Below the pieces are notes generated by a model. That model ran no database searches. It was given only the letters and a program-made list of their open reading frames with translations, and had not been told where the DNA came from. From Bdellovibrionota bacterium (GTDB lineage: Bacteria; Bdellovibrionota_C; UBA2361; CALJRW01): DNA of 64,000 nt. The stretch is taken from the NCBI GenBank assembly GCA_041740355.1, contig JBGSMD010000011.1:32001-96000 (forward strand). Reading direction: 5' to 3'. The translations under genes and the position numbers were made by a program. Positions 1-10,280 of this stretch are shown in pieces; position 1 is the stretch's first letter, and each line of letters starts with the position of its first letter.

Positions 1-3
1 TTC

Positions 4-600
4 ATGTATAAGATTGATTTAGATAGTAATACTGAGCACCTGATTGATGAAATATATCAACTATTTCATAAATATGAATTTTATAAGCCAGCGAATCACC
101 GAAGATTTTTAAAATTAAGTAGCAAACCAGAGGAGGAAGAACTTCAAAGATTTTATGGATTAAAGAATCCTACTGCAATAATATCTAACAATCGCTGCAA
201 GTATTTAATCAATGATTCGAAAAAATGGTTTGAGAAATATCATTTATATTACTTAAGGGGGAGTCACACAAAACAAGTCATTAGTAGTGAACTTAAGGGT
301 GGTTTAGTTTGGAAAAGTTCCGATTGCTGGAAAATTTTTAATTTAAATCAATATAATCCTGCAGAACAAGATCAGCTAAGAAATACTGCTAATTATCTTC
401 ACTTAAAAGATTACATTAACTCTTTAAAAAGCTCCGAGATAATAATAAAGTTAACAATGTTAGAATATTTAAGTTTTATTAAAAGTTTTAGAGATATTCT
501 TCCCTTAATTGTGACAAAGAAATCTAATGGCAGAGAATTTGCTGTAGCTTCGGATCCAAGCTCCCCACGTTATTTATCAATTAAGAAGGTGATTTGTTAA
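4..600 (+). CDS. Hypothetical protein (may be 5'-truncated by the window edge)
   Basis: 198-aa ORF at the window start, no recognisable motif; same strand as the downstream PLD gene. Confidence 0.6.
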   Translation: MYKIDLDSNTEHLIDEIYQLFHKYEFYKPANHRRFLKLSSKPEEEELQRFYGLKNPTAIISNNRCKYLINDSKKWFEKYHLYYLRGSHTKQVISSELKGGLVWKSSDCWKIFNLNQYNPAEQDQLRNTANYLHLKDYINSLKSSEIIIKLTMLEYLSFIKSFRDILPLIVTKKSNGREFAVASDPSSPRYLSIKKVIC

Positions 601-656
601 AAATATTTTTATTCTAAATTAATTCATGCGTCACTTTTAAAAAATTACTGTTTTTA

Positions 657-2381
657 ATGCCTTACATACTATTATTCTTTTTTATTCTGCTCTTTAATCA
701 GCAATTTTTGTTAGCCGAAAATAAGCCAATGGTTTCCATCTCGGCTAAGGATTTACAATTTAAATGCTCAGGAACCAATAGCGATCAAATCTTGATTATT
801 ACTAAGCAAAATAAACGAATCGTTAAGTTTCCATATTTTTTTAGTACGCGATTAATTAACAAAAGTCTTGTTTGTCAAAAATTTGAAGAATATCTTAAAG
901 CAACAAACTGGGATTTTGATATGCAACTAGAGGAGGTAATTGACCCCAACGGTGAAAAAGTTTTTCAGGACATAACTAACAATCTGCTGAGTAAGTGTTT
1001 AGAAGCAGGGTTGTGCTATCGCACGTTCTTAGACCTTCCATTGATAAATCCTAATCTTTTGAATTGTCATGAAAATCTAACTTTTGCAAGATTACTAGAG
1101 AAAGCTAAGCCAAAACAAAAAATCAAAAGTATTAAAACAATTCATGATTTACAAATTAAAGCCCATCCTGAATTTCCACTTAGTAATATTACGTTAGAAT
1201 ACCTTAACGATCGAACAGTTAACGACCTATATTTATCAACTATGTCTCTTGGGAATTTCTCCTTAACACAATTTATTAATGCTGCCCGAAATGGAAATAA
1301 TAAAAATATTTATTTTAACTATGATCTGGGCATTGTTTTACCAGAGTTACAAACTAGGGCCCTATTGTTTTCAACTAATCAAATTGAAAGATTTTTTCAA
1401 ATCCCCAATTTTGGTGGGCAAGATTTTGAAATGGCTTATCATTTGAAGTTTATTGCATCCCCGCAAAAAAATACTAGTATTCTTTCCAGTATGAACTTTG
1501 CCTCATCAGCTAAAACTAATTACATTGATTTTAGCTATGCCTTCGAAGATTTAGGGATTCGCGATGAACTAATCTCACTGTCTGAACGGAATCAACAACG
1601 CTTCTGTGCCTCAAAAGAAGATTACACCTGTTTGTCAAACTTAATTGTCGATTCGCAGGAGTCTCAACATAAAGCCCTGAAAGAAATTTATCGTAAGTCA
1701 TGTCAAGTATTGCCAGCTTCCCACTATAAATCATCGGGATATCTTTTCCTTTCCGAGTTAGGAAATAGTGAAGACTTTATTATTGATAAAATTAATCAAG
1801 CAAAGTTTGAGTTGGTTTTACTCGTTTCTCAAATTACTAATAAAAATATCTATCAGGCCTTAAAACTTGCTCAGGATCGTGGCGTAAAAGTTTATCTTAG
1901 TTCGGCTAATTATTCAGGTCAGTTTAACTCCACCTTTGATTTTTATTATCCCAATGTAAATTCTAAGGATACTTGGACATTAATTCCCCACATGAAAGTA
2001 ATGGTAATAGATCGCAAATTAATGGTCTTTGGAACGGGAAACTTTTCAATTAATGGATTGCGACATAATAGTGAAGTATTTGCTCAGACTGATAATCCCG
2101 ATGCGATAAAGACTGTCTATGACTATTTAGCGGTCTTTGCCCAAAATGCTAATCCAAGCCTGGCGAGAGCAGTATCTCCCGAACATAAAAAGTTAAATTA
2201 TTTAGTTTGGGGAAATGTAACGGATCCAGAGATGCATGGGACAGAGAAGTTTACTGAATCTCATTTGCAAAACTATCGTCGCTTTAATCAAACGGGTATC
2301 CAGTATATCGAAAAGTGCCGTTTAAACCACTTATTATTTATTTCTAAAAGAAATTATAAGGCTTGTTTGTCTCAAAACTAA
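657..2381 (+). CDS. Secreted phospholipase D/nuclease-superfamily protein
   Basis: Signal-peptide-like N-terminus; HKD motif HMKVMVID followed by GTGNFS; a second degenerate motif HLKFIASP...SSMNF. Confidence 0.8.
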   Translation: MPYILLFFFILLFNQQFLLAENKPMVSISAKDLQFKCSGTNSDQILIITKQNKRIVKFPYFFSTRLINKSLVCQKFEEYLKATNWDFDMQLEEVIDPNGEKVFQDITNNLLSKCLEAGLCYRTFLDLPLINPNLLNCHENLTFARLLEKAKPKQKIKSIKTIHDLQIKAHPEFPLSNITLEYLNDRTVNDLYLSTMSLGNFSLTQFINAARNGNNKNIYFNYDLGIVLPELQTRALLFSTNQIERFFQIPNFGGQDFEMAYHLKFIASPQKNTSILSSMNFASSAKTNYIDFSYAFEDLGIRDELISLSERNQQRFCASKEDYTCLSNLIVDSQESQHKALKEIYRKSCQVLPASHYKSSGYLFLSELGNSEDFIIDKINQAKFELVLLVSQITNKNIYQALKLAQDRGVKVYLSSANYSGQFNSTFDFYYPNVNSKDTWTLIPHMKVMVIDRKLMVFGTGNFSINGLRHNSEVFAQTDNPDAIKTVYDYLAVFAQNANPSLARAVSPEHKKLNYLVWGNVTDPEMHGTEKFTESHLQNYRRFNQTGIQYIEKCRLNHLLFISKRNYKACLSQN

Positions 2382-2674
2382 AATTTATTTGTTTTAAAAA
2401 TGCAAATCATCTTGTTGTGAAACGATTTTAGTTCGACAAGTATTAGGATAAATAATTTATCAAATGGAGTAAAACACAAGGAAGGTATATTAAAAAGTTT
2501 TGGCTGTTAGTATCTGTATAAGATTTATCAAAACAAATTCGTTTTTCCAGTTCTTATTGTTAATATAGAATTTAACGCTTAGGGCCTAGCGATTAATCAA
2601 CAAGTTCTTAGTGAGTTTTCGTCGATGTCTAAGATTATCTTTAGTAGTTATTAGATTTATGCTATTTTTAAATT

Positions 2675-3559
2675 ATGCTATCAGAAGTACAACGATTCCA
2701 AAATCTCCCTCAATTTAGTCACGAACCACTAGAAGTGAATCTGATTCGACATGGATTATCAGCGGGTAATCTTTTTAAACAGCTGCTCAACACAGGTAAG
2801 CTTCCTCCTGAGAAAGCAGCAAAGTTAATGGACCTGATTAGGATCGATTGGGATATTCCTTTAGTCCGTAAAGGTCACGAGCAAGCTAAGCAATTAGGAT
2901 TAAAACTTAAAGCGGATCCCTTCTTTGATCCAAAATCCATTGATGTGGTAGTTGTCGCCAACTGTCGCCGAGCACGAGAAACTGCTTATGGGGTGATGGA
3001 TGCCGCCGGGATTGATCCTAAATTAATTATTGAACTTAATCCTAGGATTGGAGAGCGAGATTGGGGCGATCATCATTTACAAGACAAGGATTTAATTGCT
3101 CGTGCTGAGAAGCTAAGAATTGAGGATCCTTTTTGTTGGTCGCCACATGAGGGAGAAAAGATGCGCTACACAAGTGAACGAGTAAATCATGCTTTCACAA
3201 CTTTTAATCGACGTTTTGGTGGAAAACGTGTTTTAGGCTTTACCCATGGAGAGTTTATTGTTTCAGCTAAAGCCGAAATTAGTCGAATTTATGATCCGCT
3301 TGATTTTAGTGAGTTATTAAAACAGGGTATTCCTAACTGTGGGTTGCTACAAATTTCTAGACTTTCTCCAGAAGGAAAAGAATCAAATGGCTATACGCAT
3401 CTGAGACAATTTGCAGTGGAATCATCGGCGCGACAGGGGGATTGGTCTGGAAAGTGGCAAGAAATTATTCGTCCGAAGTATGATTTAAGTAATATTGTTG
3501 CACCACCGACAGATCGTTCGAAGGAAATTCTAGAATTACTAGGGGAATATTTACCCTAG
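2675..3559 (+). CDS. Histidine phosphatase (PGM-like) family protein
   Basis: LIRHG motif, RRARETA, ERDWG, GE..., FTHG, IPNC. Confidence 0.85.
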   Translation: MLSEVQRFQNLPQFSHEPLEVNLIRHGLSAGNLFKQLLNTGKLPPEKAAKLMDLIRIDWDIPLVRKGHEQAKQLGLKLKADPFFDPKSIDVVVVANCRRARETAYGVMDAAGIDPKLIIELNPRIGERDWGDHHLQDKDLIARAEKLRIEDPFCWSPHEGEKMRYTSERVNHAFTTFNRRFGGKRVLGFTHGEFIVSAKAEISRIYDPLDFSELLKQGIPNCGLLQISRLSPEGKESNGYTHLRQFAVESSARQGDWSGKWQEIIRPKYDLSNIVAPPTDRSKEILELLGEYLP

Positions 3560-3570
3560 AATCAACAGGA

Positions 3571-4839
3571 TTAGTGCCGAGCACCAGTATATCTTAAGGT
3601 TTCTACGCCACCATTATTTTGAGAGAGAACATTAGCATTTGTTCCATCAAACTGAATTTTCATAACCATACCTTGATCGTTGAAACTATCAGTGATCGTT
3701 ACAAATCCACTGGAATTCAAGAAGATAAAAAGCTTATTACCTTCAGGATTGATGTGTTGTTTAATAGCTGCTTGGCAGACCTGACATGGAAAACATCGCT
3801 GTTGATTAACTTCTGGATCAGGGTGCGCGTTATAACTTCCTGAAAAAAGGATCATGCCATCTATTAAGCCTTGAGGTTTCTTTTTAAGCATATCGCTCAT
3901 GGAAGCACGCTCACCACAAAATCCTTGTCCATTATTTCCATAATATAGATTAGTTCCAGCAAAAATTTTATTTTCACCCATAATTGCAGCTCCATAGGCA
4001 GTGCCACCAGAGGCAGAGCGGTGGTGTTTAGCAAATGCAGAAGCCAGGACGGCGGAATGATAAGCCGATCTTAAGCGTTTCTTTTCAAATGTTTCTCCAA
4101 AGTTATTTAATACAACGTCATAAAAAGCATCAAAGTCAACATTTGTTATTTGCTCAATCACACTTGGCGGAGTTACGCTTAGTAAATTTTTTAAAGATAA
4201 ACCTTCCTTGTGGAGTTTATCTTTAGGAAGAATGCTTTCTAACTTTCGCATAATATGTGAAGGTGAGGCTGGATCGGCTTGAAAGGATGGGTTTCTAGCA
4301 GTAAGAATATCCGTTGTACCAATTTGAATATTTCTTCCATGATCGATTAATTTGATATTATGAACTTCTTGATAAAATTCACACAGCATTAAGTCTTCAC
4401 CTCCTTCAATACAGTATCCATTTTGCGATAACGTAAGGACTGCTAATTTTTGTTTGTTTGAAGAGTTGTATGATCCGGACATATTGATTTCTCCAAATGC
4501 TGTCATACCAAGTGGTAAGTCAGCAGTGCCCATTCCGCGTTGCACGCGTACGCCAGCAGAGACCTGTCCATCATTGCTAATTAAACAAAGACCATATTTT
4601 AAATGATGAGGATCGAAGGCTTCTCCAAAACTTGTTTCTTTGGAATGAATACAGTTAAGGATAGCCTGACGAATTGCTTTTTCAGGTATTGGGTGACTAA
4701 AGACCTTTTGCAGTCGGGCTTGCAGTTGTTCCACTAGCTGGGGAGTAATTAATCCAGCACGCCCGTTAGATTTACTTCCTCCCGAGAATCTTTCACCTTC
4801 CAGTGGGGACATTAATGGAGGTCTTGGTATAAACAACAT
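3571..4839 (-). CDS. Cytidine deaminase-like protein (C-terminal Zn domain plus a degenerate N-terminal domain)
   Basis: YGAAI...FAGTN...FCGERAS and FPCQVCQ (CxE + PCxxC). Confidence 0.7.
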   Translation of the reverse strand: MLFIPRPPLMSPLEGERFSGGSKSNGRAGLITPQLVEQLQARLQKVFSHPIPEKAIRQAILNCIHSKETSFGEAFDPHHLKYGLCLISNDGQVSAGVRVQRGMGTADLPLGMTAFGEINMSGSYNSSNKQKLAVLTLSQNGYCIEGGEDLMLCEFYQEVHNIKLIDHGRNIQIGTTDILTARNPSFQADPASPSHIMRKLESILPKDKLHKEGLSLKNLLSVTPPSVIEQITNVDFDAFYDVVLNNFGETFEKKRLRSAYHSAVLASAFAKHHRSASGGTAYGAAIMGENKIFAGTNLYYGNNGQGFCGERASMSDMLKKKPQGLIDGMILFSGSYNAHPDPEVNQQRCFPCQVCQAAIKQHINPEGNKLFIFLNSSGFVTITDSFNDQGMVMKIQFDGTNANVLSQNNGGVETLRYTGARH

Positions 4840-5079
4840 ACTTTGCCAGTCTTTAAATTAAGACTGGAAGTATAAGCGATTGTGGTTCTTAGTCAAAAAA
4901 GACTTTATTTAAGTAATTGATTTCTAAACTAGTTTATTCAGAGACAAGAACGGCTTTAATATTTGCTACGAGGCTTGTCTGCCCAACATAAATTTAAGAT
5001 TTGAAAATGAAAAAGAATGATTTTTCAAAAACAATATACTAAAATTGTTCTCGAACTTCTCGATATTTTTAAGAAAAAA

Positions 5080-6144
5080 TTATCTTTGAGAATCATTATA
5101 ATCCACTACGATGACCTTTGAAGGTATATAACGATCAGAGCTAAATTTAAAGTCTCCAAAGGTAACAGTTTTAAACTGATTGTTTAAAAGATAGCTTTGG
5201 ATTTCAGTTCCGGTTTGTTGACCACTTTTAAGAGCTGTGAGTACAGCGTTAATTGTATCATAGGCATTAGAGGCTGTTAGGATTGGCTCATGCCCAAAAC
5301 GCGCTACAAATTTCTCTTGAAATGTATCATCACTTAACAAGAACTTACTATAAATTAATTGCGGTAGGTAAGGTAAAAAGGCTTTGTTTTTTAACCAGCC
5401 CTCGCCATCATGTACTGAAGCAATTTTTACTTTTGGTAAATGCTGTCGAATTTGTTTTAGAAGTGCGGAAAGCGATCTTTCATCCCAGACAAAAAGTATT
5501 AAAACATCAGGGATATTTTTTTTCAGCTTTAATAAAGCCGCATTAAAATCAACTTCTCCTGATTGCATACCTAAATCGATAACTGGGGCAGGAACATTTT
5601 GTAACAAAAGTTTGCGAATCATTTCGGCAAATGGCTCTTGCTGATAAATTAAACCGATCTTCTCTAAGCCTCTTTTTTTAAGCACATCAACTAAAACCTT
5701 AATTTCTAAGGTAGAATTGTGATAATAAGTGATTGGCCACTCGGCATTCTCTTTAGTAAAGGATTCTTTGGAAGCACTCGGTGTTACTAAAAGAATACCC
5801 TTTTGCTTTGCCAAGGGGACAACTGCTTGATAGGTGTCGAGCCATGTTGGCCCTAAGATGACCGGTGGATTATTAAGTGCAAGTTTTTGAAAAGCGGATA
5901 AGATTTGTCTTTGATTTGTTTGGGTATCTTCCAGCTCTAAGGAAATCATTTTGCCGTTTAATCCACCCTTAGCATTCCATTCTTCAATTGCTAAGGTGTA
6001 AGCTTCAAGTTCAACTTTACCAAAAACAGCCGAAGCTCCGGTCAGTCCAACCATTGCGGGAATTTTAAATTCTTCGGCAACAATTGAACTTGTTAAGATT
6101 ATTATAATTAGAAAAAGATTCAGGAGCGATTTGATTATAAACAT
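5080..6144 (-). CDS. LivJ-like (type 1 periplasmic) ABC substrate-binding protein
   Basis: Signal peptide; GLTGASAVFG, INAKGG-like (WNAKGGLNGK), LEDTQ, AYD, TFGDFKF. Confidence 0.85.
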   Translation of the reverse strand: MFIIKSLLNLFLIIIILTSSIVAEEFKIPAMVGLTGASAVFGKVELEAYTLAIEEWNAKGGLNGKMISLELEDTQTNQRQILSAFQKLALNNPPVILGPTWLDTYQAVVPLAKQKGILLVTPSASKESFTKENAEWPITYYHNSTLEIKVLVDVLKKRGLEKIGLIYQQEPFAEMIRKLLLQNVPAPVIDLGMQSGEVDFNAALLKLKKNIPDVLILFVWDERSLSALLKQIRQHLPKVKIASVHDGEGWLKNKAFLPYLPQLIYSKFLLSDDTFQEKFVARFGHEPILTASNAYDTINAVLTALKSGQQTGTEIQSYLLNNQFKTVTFGDFKFSSDRYIPSKVIVVDYNDSQR

Positions 6145-6232
6145 AAGTAATAACTTTATTTTCTAGTTTGAATAGTTAATGCTACTAGATTATTCTAAAC
6201 TGGATAATTTTCAAATAGAAATGTTGAATATG

Positions 6233-7411
6233 CTAATTACGATTTGTTTTGATAATTTCAATAATAGAATCGGCTTCTGCTCCATGCAGATCGGCTAGTC
6301 TTTCAGGTAAGCCGTCTCGTGACTGTAAGAAACGAATAGCATCATTCACTACAGGGACAATCTCAGGCCAATCCGGTCTAATAGCGATTGATTCTTCAGC
6401 TAAGTCTAGTAGGGTCTCTTTCCTATTAAAGATCGCTTGTAAGTCTTTAGGTTGTTTCTTTGCTGTTAAAATCGCCGTCATCGAGTTTGTAAGAAATAAA
6501 TGCGCCGGGCGATTTAGCCCTCGAAGCGTCACTCTTTCAATGCCTTCCTCATCTGAGGAGCAAAGGATTAATGATTCATCAGATCTTTTTAGTTTAGTAT
6601 TAGCGATTAGGTGGGGGAGTGAATTTCTAAGAACAGCAATCTTATATTTCTCATCACGAAGTTCTGGAATAATTTTTGGTTCTGGTAGATCTGATAAATC
6701 AGTACTTTTTCTTTTACGCATGATTGCGGAAATACCTAAACGATAAATTGGTAGCGAAAAATGTATTTGGGAACCAAGATTTGGCACGATCATAGTGGGG
6801 CCAAATAAATCAATTTGCCCCGAAGCTAATTTAGCTCGGTATTCAGCAAATGGAACATACACTAGTTCAATTTCTTTTTGTAAAGCAAGCCCTAGCATCT
6901 TACAAAACTCTGGATAGAAGCCAGTGTGCTTATTGTCACTAGGTGGAGTTTGCGATCCAAAAAGCCAATAGTGATTATAGTTCACGCCCATGCGCAGAGG
7001 TCTTCCCGTCAGCAAGTCCTTAACATTCTTCTGGTGCATTTCACTGCGTACTACATTTCGAATTAAATTAGCAAAGCTATCAGTATTAAAATTTAGTGAA
7101 ATTAATTCGTTGGCAGCTTTATTTTTTTCGGTAATAGTTAAGTTGGCTAGGTAAGGAAATTCTTCTTCGATTCGAGCAGCTGAAAAAATTTGCTGACCAC
7201 TAACATCTAAATTAAATGCTAGGAGGACAAGCACTGAGCGACCTGGGATTCTCCCGTAAGTTTTAAGTTGCGAGAGGTAAGCAGGTGTTACTCCACATTT
7301 TTGAGCAAGCTCAGTATAATCACCCTTTTTCTTTTTCCATTCTTCTAGGGGGTCAGCTAAAAGTTGCTTTAGCTCATTAGAACATTCGAAAGTTAATTTT
7401 TTGGTCTTCAT
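6233..7411 (-). CDS. XRE-type HTH fused to a type 2 periplasmic-binding-like domain (putative one-component regulator)
   Basis: N-terminal ELAQKCGVTPAYLSQLKTYGRIP HTH; C-terminal LRMGV...GFYPEFCKMLG...LASGQIDL SBP_bac_3-like domain; no signal peptide. Confidence 0.75.
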   Translation of the reverse strand: MKTKKLTFECSNELKQLLADPLEEWKKKKGDYTELAQKCGVTPAYLSQLKTYGRIPGRSVLVLLAFNLDVSGQQIFSAARIEEEFPYLANLTITEKNKAANELISLNFNTDSFANLIRNVVRSEMHQKNVKDLLTGRPLRMGVNYNHYWLFGSQTPPSDNKHTGFYPEFCKMLGLALQKEIELVYVPFAEYRAKLASGQIDLFGPTMIVPNLGSQIHFSLPIYRLGISAIMRKRKSTDLSDLPEPKIIPELRDEKYKIAVLRNSLPHLIANTKLKRSDESLILCSSDEEGIERVTLRGLNRPAHLFLTNSMTAILTAKKQPKDLQAIFNRKETLLDLAEESIAIRPDWPEIVPVVNDAIRFLQSRDGLPERLADLHGAEADSIIEIIKTNRN

Positions 7412-7681
7412 ATTAAATAGGTTTGTTTCGGACTTTGTCTAGATATTAATTAACTATAGATGCAACTAGTTAGTCAATAATTTGATTATATTCATAATTA
7501 TATCCTACTTACTATCATATAATCTACTTAAAGTTTTATTTTGCATAATTTATATAAATTATATCAAAATAATTTTCATTTAGTAAGAGCAGGTTTTCAT
7601 CTAGAAATGCCTTAAGAGAGGTTAGTAAAGCTCCAATTCAGAAGCCGATCAAACCTAAGATTAACTTTTAAAGGATAAATA

Positions 7682-8461
7682 ATGTTACAACATCAAGGAC
7701 CAGTAGAAATGTCACTAAGGGATTTCTTTTTCGGGTCAGGATCCAGTAAAAAAACAAGTACTCAGGCGGTAGCAGCTCCATTACTTTCTAGTTCTCAAGT
7801 CCAAGAAGCTAGGATATTAGATGCTAAGTTGCAAAATTTTGAGTTCCCCGAACCTGGACTCACTAATCGTTTGCTTGAAGAACAAGGCTGGAGCAAGCAG
7901 TTTATTGCTAAGGCAAAGCAGGAGTATTTAAGGTTTATGGTGCTAGCCGCATCCGCACCAAATGAGGTTACTCCTTCACTAGTAGTAGATGAAGTTTGGC
8001 ACACACACTTAATGTTTTCTAAGTCATACATTGAGGACTTATGCCTTAAAAATATTGGCAGGATTATCCACCATAGCCCAGGCACCGGAGAAGCAGCTCA
8101 TGATGCCAAATATCAAGGACAGTATCTAAAAACTCTGGCGACATATAAACAAGTTTTTGGAGAAGATGCCCCCGTTGATATTTGGATCCGACCAAAACAA
8201 GAAATAGCTACTACTAGAGAAAGTTCTAATAATAACTATGCTGCAACTGATAGTGGTGCAAGTGCCGGTAGTTCAACTACGAATGATTCCTGGTTTTGGC
8301 AGTCACTTTTCTCAAGTGGTTCTAATGACTGTACCCATGATAGCTCAAATGACTCTGGTAGTAGTGGAAGTGACAGTGGAGGAAGTGGTGCTTCATCTTG
8401 CGGAGGCGGCTCTTCTTGCGGAGGAGGTGGTTGTGGGGGTGGAGGATGTGGTGGAAGCTAA
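7682..8461 (+). CDS. Glycine-rich domain protein (GRDP/DUF1399-like) with a Cys/Gly-repeat tail
   Basis: EYLRFMVL...PSLVVDEVWHTHLM...IHHSP; C-terminus SSCGGGSSCGGGGCGGGGCGGS. Confidence 0.8.
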   Translation: MLQHQGPVEMSLRDFFFGSGSSKKTSTQAVAAPLLSSSQVQEARILDAKLQNFEFPEPGLTNRLLEEQGWSKQFIAKAKQEYLRFMVLAASAPNEVTPSLVVDEVWHTHLMFSKSYIEDLCLKNIGRIIHHSPGTGEAAHDAKYQGQYLKTLATYKQVFGEDAPVDIWIRPKQEIATTRESSNNNYAATDSGASAGSSTTNDSWFWQSLFSSGSNDCTHDSSNDSGSSGSDSGGSGASSCGGGSSCGGGGCGGGGCGGS

Positions 8462-8534
8462 CCTCTCAAACGTGCTTGACCTCTCATTTTAGCTAACACT
8501 CCTGTTAGCTCTATTAATTAAATCAACTGATAAA

Positions 8535-10001
8535 TTAAACTTTCCTTTTATTACGGAGGACCTCAGCTATTTTTCTGCGAAGCAAGTTTTCCTTATTTTT
8601 TATTTTTCCACTAGTTTCCGCAAACCATTCTTCACTATTTAAGTGAATTACTGAATATCCCCGGGCCGTAAATATTTTATCTTGTAAGATGTCATTTCCA
8701 ACATGCCCTTCGGAAACTTGTCGATTAATAAAGTGATAGGGCACGCCGTCACATTCAATAATTAATTTTAAATCAGGATTCTTTATTGTCACCACAAAAT
8801 CTACGACAACTCCATCAATGTTTTGGTATTGATTGACGTTAATTTTATTACCTTTTTGATTTCGAACACTTAGGTTTTTTAGAACCTTTTTTAAGGTATT
8901 ATTTACTTCTAGTTCAAAGCCATTTACTTGGGATAATTGCTTTTCTTGATCTTTTAAAGAGAATTTAATTGGAAAGGGATCTTGTCTAACTCCAAGAGCC
9001 ACCACTGTTTGGTGTAACTGTAGATTGCCAAAAACCGAATTTCCTTCATTCTTAATCGCAGACATACTTTGAAGTAGAAAGATCTTTGCCAAATCTTCAT
9101 TTAAAATTGTTAAGCACCAGGCAGCATTTGCAATAACTTGAGTCCAGTTTTTTTCGGGACTTTTTGCTAGCTGATCAGTAATCACATTCGTAAGTTTTTC
9201 GGTAAGAGCCAGATCCGTAATACGCAGAACTGCTAAACTGCGCAGGGTTTCGGTCACTGTTTTAAAAGATAATACTTCGACCTTTTCCTTTAAACCTTTT
9301 ACTAATGATTGTGAAAATTTTAAATCTCTAAAATTTGCTTTTGCAAAGCAAATTTGCAGTTTAGCAAAATCTTCAATTTGATTCGATCCTTTATCATTAG
9401 TCAGCATTTGCTGCGCAGCTTCGGCAAGGATTTGATATGCTTTCAAGTTAAAATGACCAGAATTTAATAAGCATTTAGAAAATTGTTGTAACTCTTTAAC
9501 TGAAGATGCTTTAATTGTGGGGGCATTATTCTCAATATACTCGGCGACAGTGATACCTAATATTTTATAGGAAATGTTTTCTTGTTGAAGAATATTTAGA
9601 ACTCCACAAAGTTTTTGAGTAGACCATTTTGTTGATTGATCTTTAATTAAATTAATTGTCCGATCGATTAATGTACTCTCTAATTTTAGACCGAGTGCTT
9701 GATAGGCAGCTAAGAAATTAGGAAATTCTTTGATCGTGGTTTTGTCTAAAAATGTAGCTTGAGCAAAATGCGCGCCAAGATTTAAGTTTTTAATTTTCTC
9801 TCCAATTACTCTTTTAAATGTTTGTTTATGCTTGTCAGTCAAACCTAGATAATTATTATAGATTTTAGCAACAAAAGAGATGATTGTTTGTGGCGGAAAA
9901 ACTGCTCGTGTCTGAAAAGTTTGGAGTTCTAGTTCAAAAGCTTTAGGATTAAATGCCGAATGATCAGGGGGCAGATTGTTAGGGTCTATTTTTGCCGACA
10001 T
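8535..10001 (-). CDS. Helical-repeat protein with a C-terminal RAP (PD-(D/E)xK-like) domain
   Basis: VVDFVV...LIIECDGVPYHF...QDKIFTARGYSVIHLNSEEW; preceding helical repeats such as ANAAWCLTIL and TLRSLAVL. Confidence 0.7.
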   Translation of the reverse strand: MSAKIDPNNLPPDHSAFNPKAFELELQTFQTRAVFPPQTIISFVAKIYNNYLGLTDKHKQTFKRVIGEKIKNLNLGAHFAQATFLDKTTIKEFPNFLAAYQALGLKLESTLIDRTINLIKDQSTKWSTQKLCGVLNILQQENISYKILGITVAEYIENNAPTIKASSVKELQQFSKCLLNSGHFNLKAYQILAEAAQQMLTNDKGSNQIEDFAKLQICFAKANFRDLKFSQSLVKGLKEKVEVLSFKTVTETLRSLAVLRITDLALTEKLTNVITDQLAKSPEKNWTQVIANAAWCLTILNEDLAKIFLLQSMSAIKNEGNSVFGNLQLHQTVVALGVRQDPFPIKFSLKDQEKQLSQVNGFELEVNNTLKKVLKNLSVRNQKGNKINVNQYQNIDGVVVDFVVTIKNPDLKLIIECDGVPYHFINRQVSEGHVGNDILQDKIFTARGYSVIHLNSEEWFAETSGKIKNKENLLRRKIAEVLRNKRKV

Positions 10002-10065
10002 CTTTTTTTACAACTTAAGCTAATCAAGTTATGAGCAGTTAGAATAAAGTGTGTGATCATATAGA

Positions 10066-10155
10066 AAGTCAAAAAGTAATATACGTTAGTAAATTACTTT
10101 TTGGGTGTTATCTCCCGCGGAGATACAATAAAATCATATAGATAATACAAAAAAA
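10066..10155 (+). repeat. Dispersed ~90-bp intergenic repeat, copy 1
   Basis: CAAAAAGTAAT...ATTACTTTTTGGG hairpin, GC hairpin, then AATAAAATCATATAG; matches 28455 and 47195. Confidence 0.75.
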
Positions 10156-10280
10156 TTTACTGAATTTTATAAATAGATCATCAATTTTTTGGAATAACTA
10201 TATAAAAAGCGATTATGCGTGTTGATGCAAGTGCCAATTTGAACACTAAAACTCCATCTGATTTACAGGCTTGTAGTGAA

